DNA from: an uncultured Erysipelotrichaceae bacterium
GTDB lineage: Bacteria; Bacillota_I; Bacilli_A; Erysipelotrichales; Erysipelotrichaceae
Length of the DNA: 64,000 nt
Direction of reading: 5' to 3'
Assembly (NCBI GenBank): GCA_944326795.1
Contig: CALVFJ010000001.1
Coordinates: forward strand, 16,795 to 80,794
In this document: piece after piece, positions 61,380-64,000 of the stretch
How the letters are laid out: every line of letters begins with the position of its first letter
Numbering within the stretch: position 1 is the first letter of the stretch
Program-made: the position numbers and the translations under genes
Notes under the pieces: model-generated
The model's input: the letters and a program-made list of their open reading frames with translations, nothing else
The model's database searches: none
What the model was told of the DNA's origin: nothing

Positions 61380-62414
61380 ATGGAAAAAGTTCAGCAAGTT
61401 AAAAATGAAGGCTTAACGGCCATCGAAGCCTGTGAAAGCTTGGAACAGCTAAATCAGGTAAGAATTGATTATTTAAGCAAAAAAGGTCATGTTCAAGGCT
61501 TGATGTCCTTGATGAAAGATCTATCAAAAGAAGAAAAACCAGCTTTTGGTCAAGAAGTAAATGATTGTAAGCAAGCTTTGACGCAAGCTTTGGAACAAAA
61601 GATGGGCGTGCTGCAAGAATCTGCTTTAAAAGCCAAATTAGCTCAAGAAAAAATTGATATCAGCGTTGCTGGTCATAAACCTATCATCGGAACGGTGCAT
61701 CCATTGATGATGATCCAGCAAGAACTAGAAGACTTATTTGTAGGAATGGGCTATAGCGTAGCTGAAGGCCCAGAAATGGAATTAGATCTGTATAACTTTG
61801 AAAGGGCCAATCTGCCTAAGGATCACCCTGCAAGGGATATGCAGGATACCTTCTATATCACGCCAACGACCTTGTTGCGTACCCATACTACCGCTATTCA
61901 GATGCGGGTATTGGAACAAGCCAAAGGTCAGCTGCCAATCAAATTGATCTGTCCAGGTAAAGTTTATCGCCGCGATGATGATGATGCGACCCATTCACAT
62001 CAATTCATGCAGATGGAAGGCTTGGTCGTAGGTGAAAATATTACCTTGACCGATCTAAAAGGAACCTTAAGCTTCTTTGCGAAAAAAATGTTCGGCGAAG
62101 ATCGTGAAATCAGATTTAGACCAAGCTATTTCCCATTTACAGAACCAAGCGTTGAAGTTGATGTAACCTGCCATATGTGCGGGGGCAAAGGCTGCAATGT
62201 ATGTAAGCAAACGGGCTGGATCGAGATCTTAGGAGCAGGAATGGTACATCCAAATGTGTTGGAAATGTCAGGCTTTGATAGAAGCAAGTGCAGTGGTTTT
62301 GCGTTTGGCATCGGTCTGGAGAGAGTTGCAATGCTTAAATATGGCATTGATGATATCCGCAACTTCTATACCAATGATGTTCGATTCTTAAAGAACTTTA
62401 ATCGTTTTGACTAG
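61380..62414 (+). CDS. pheS: Phenylalanine--tRNA ligase alpha subunit
   Basis: [11 protein letters not shown], class II aaRS motifs 2 and 3 ([29 protein letters not shown]). Confidence 0.95.
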   Translation: MEKVQQVKNEGLTAIEACESLEQLNQVRIDYLSKKGHVQGLMSLMKDLSKEEKPAFGQEVNDCKQALTQALEQKMGVLQESALKAKLAQEKIDISVAGHKPIIGTVHPLMMIQQELEDLFVGMGYSVAEGPEMELDLYNFERANLPKDHPARDMQDTFYITPTTLLRTHTTAIQMRVLEQAKGQLPIKLICPGKVYRRDDDDATHSHQFMQMEGLVVGENITLTDLKGTLSFFAKKMFGEDREIRFRPSYFPFTEPSVEVDVTCHMCGGKGCNVCKQTGWIEILGAGMVHPNVLEMSGFDRSKCSGFAFGIGLERVAMLKYGIDDIRNFYTNDVRFLKNFNRFD

Positions 62415-62426
62415 GAGGCAATAAAA

Positions 62427-64000
62427 CATGAAGATAAGTTATAACTGGCTAAAGCAATATATCAATTTAGATGATGTCACGCCCAATGAATTGGCTCAAA
62501 AGCTGACAACGGCAGGCATCGAGATCGAGGCAGTAGAACCGTTTGTTAAAGGAACGAATCTTGTGATTGCCAAGGTCGAAGCATGTGAAGATCATCCGGA
62601 TAGCGATCATTTGCATATAACAAAGGTCAATGATGGCACGAATGTATATCAGGTCGTCTGCGGAGCACCAAATGTCAAAGCAGGCATCAAGGTCATCTTT
62701 GCGCGCAGCGGAGCAAAATTACCAGGCGGAACGATCAAGAAAACAACGGTCCGCGGTGCCGAATCCAATGGCATGATCTGTGCTTTATTTGAATTAGGCG
62801 TAGATAAAAAGTTTCTGCGAGAAGATCAGATAAATGGTATCGAGATCTTAGGCGATGATGCCGTTGTTGGTGAAGATCCTATTAAATATCTTGGCTTGGA
62901 TGATGTGGTCCTTGATGCTTCATTGACCCCAAATCGTGCTGATCTTTTGGGAATGTGGGCCTTAGCTAAAGAAGTTGGCGCTGTTTTACGTAAAGAGGTC
63001 CATCTTCCTAAGTGTCCAGACTCAGCTTTGATCAATGAACCAACACACTTTCATCTAGCAAGTGAAACGACTAAATGTCCATACTTTTTAGGAAAGGTCG
63101 TTAATAAGGTCGTAGTAAAACCTAGTCCAAAGTGGATGCAGGATCAGCTGCATGCTGCAGGTATCAAGGCTATCAACAATGTTGTCGATATCAGTAACTA
63201 TGTCATGCTAGAAACCGGTCAGCCTTTGCATTTTTATAATTTAGCAAAATTAGCTAATCAAGATATCGTGGTGAAAGATAATATCGAAATGTCTTTAACG
63301 GCCTTAGATGGCATCAGCTATGATGTACATAAAGATGATATCGTTATCACGACCAACGGGGTGCCTACCGGACTAGCAGGGATCATGGGCGGCGACGACA
63401 GCAAGATCGACGAAGAAACGACCAGTATCTTTATCGAAGCTGCGCATTTCAATGATGTAGCTATCCGTAATACGGCAAGACGCCTTGGCCTATCTACCGA
63501 AGCAGCAACACGTTTTATCAAAGGCATCGAACCAATGGCAGCTAAAAAAGCTGTTGATCGTTGCGTACAGCTGTTAAGTGAATTAGCGGATGCTGAAGGT
63601 TTTGAAGCCAATGTTGAAGCCGGAAGCAACGACTATGAACCAATCATCGTAAAAGAAACCTTACAGCACTGCAATCAACTTTTAGGAACGAATTTTACCG
63701 CTCAGCAAGTTGAAGAGGTCTTAAACGCGCTAGACTTTAAGGTAAAAAGAGAAGATGATGAATTCATATGTCATATTCCAAGCTATCGAACAGATATCAA
63801 GATCGCTCAAGATATCGATGAAGAAGTTATCCGTTTATTAGGTTATGATGATCTAAAAGAAACCTTACCGCAAATGAGCGCAACCGTAGGTGCATTAGAT
63901 CCACGTCAAAAACTACGTCGTATGATCAAGGATATCTTGGTTGGTATGGGCTTAAATGAAATCGTGACTTATACCTTGACCAAAAGTGAACATATGGAAG
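62427..64000 (+). CDS. pheT: Phenylalanine--tRNA ligase beta subunit (3' end outside window)
   Basis: ATG at 62427. MKISYNWLKQYINLDDVTPNELAQKLTTAGIEIEAVEP is the typical PheT N-terminus. The frame stays open to the window end and is absent from the ORF track because it lacks a stop. Confidence 0.95.

Noticed and set aside
1-64000. Search for rRNA genes, CRISPR arrays, IS elements, prophage or toxin-antitoxin/defence cassettes
   Set aside because: I recognised none of these anywhere in the window.

Overview
This is an AT-rich chromosomal segment of Bacillota (Firmicutes) type. My taxon guess is a gut anaerobe of the Erysipelotrichia/Clostridia kind, which I cannot verify here.

The flanks are mostly housekeeping genes.
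- 1-14.8 kb: a MerR-controlled extracytoplasmic flavin reductase, rlmA, ppiB, YitT, an SPFH/NfeD operon, a membrane-anchored MurF-like ligase, LysR plus a split chromate transporter, and a 6-tRNA cluster.
- 39.4-64 kb: ddl, an AI-2E transporter, deoD, alr, a PBP5-type carboxypeptidase, typA, adhE with Rex boxes, a P-type ATPase behind a yybP-ykoY-like (Mn2+) leader, and T-box-pheST.

These flanks bracket an accessory block of about 24.6 kb that starts right after the tRNA cluster. It contains:
1. kdpFABC with an unusually elaborate regulatory set. This comprises a kinase-less KdpD sensor, two tandem KdpD-like kinase/KdpE-like regulator pairs (one kinase split at an ATGA overlap), a structured leader, and two micro-ORFs, one of which is kdpF.
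2. A frameshifted VOC gene.
3. A BlaI/BlaR1-type pair that lacks a sensor domain.
4. A sortase-dependent pilus operon: a YPKN major pilin, a class C sortase, a small pilin, a 1,744-aa tip adhesin and a class B sortase.

The adhesin is the most unusual object in the window. It combines an ALK-like glycine-rich domain, MucBP and DUF11-type repeats, and an animal-type EPN/WND C-type lectin domain nested inside one of the repeats.

GATC is strikingly frequent across the window but unevenly distributed, and a small LytTR/DUF3021 module is almost free of it.

I saw no rRNA, CRISPR array, transposase, integrase or phage genes. All calls come from reading the sequence and the ORF translations by eye; no searches were run.
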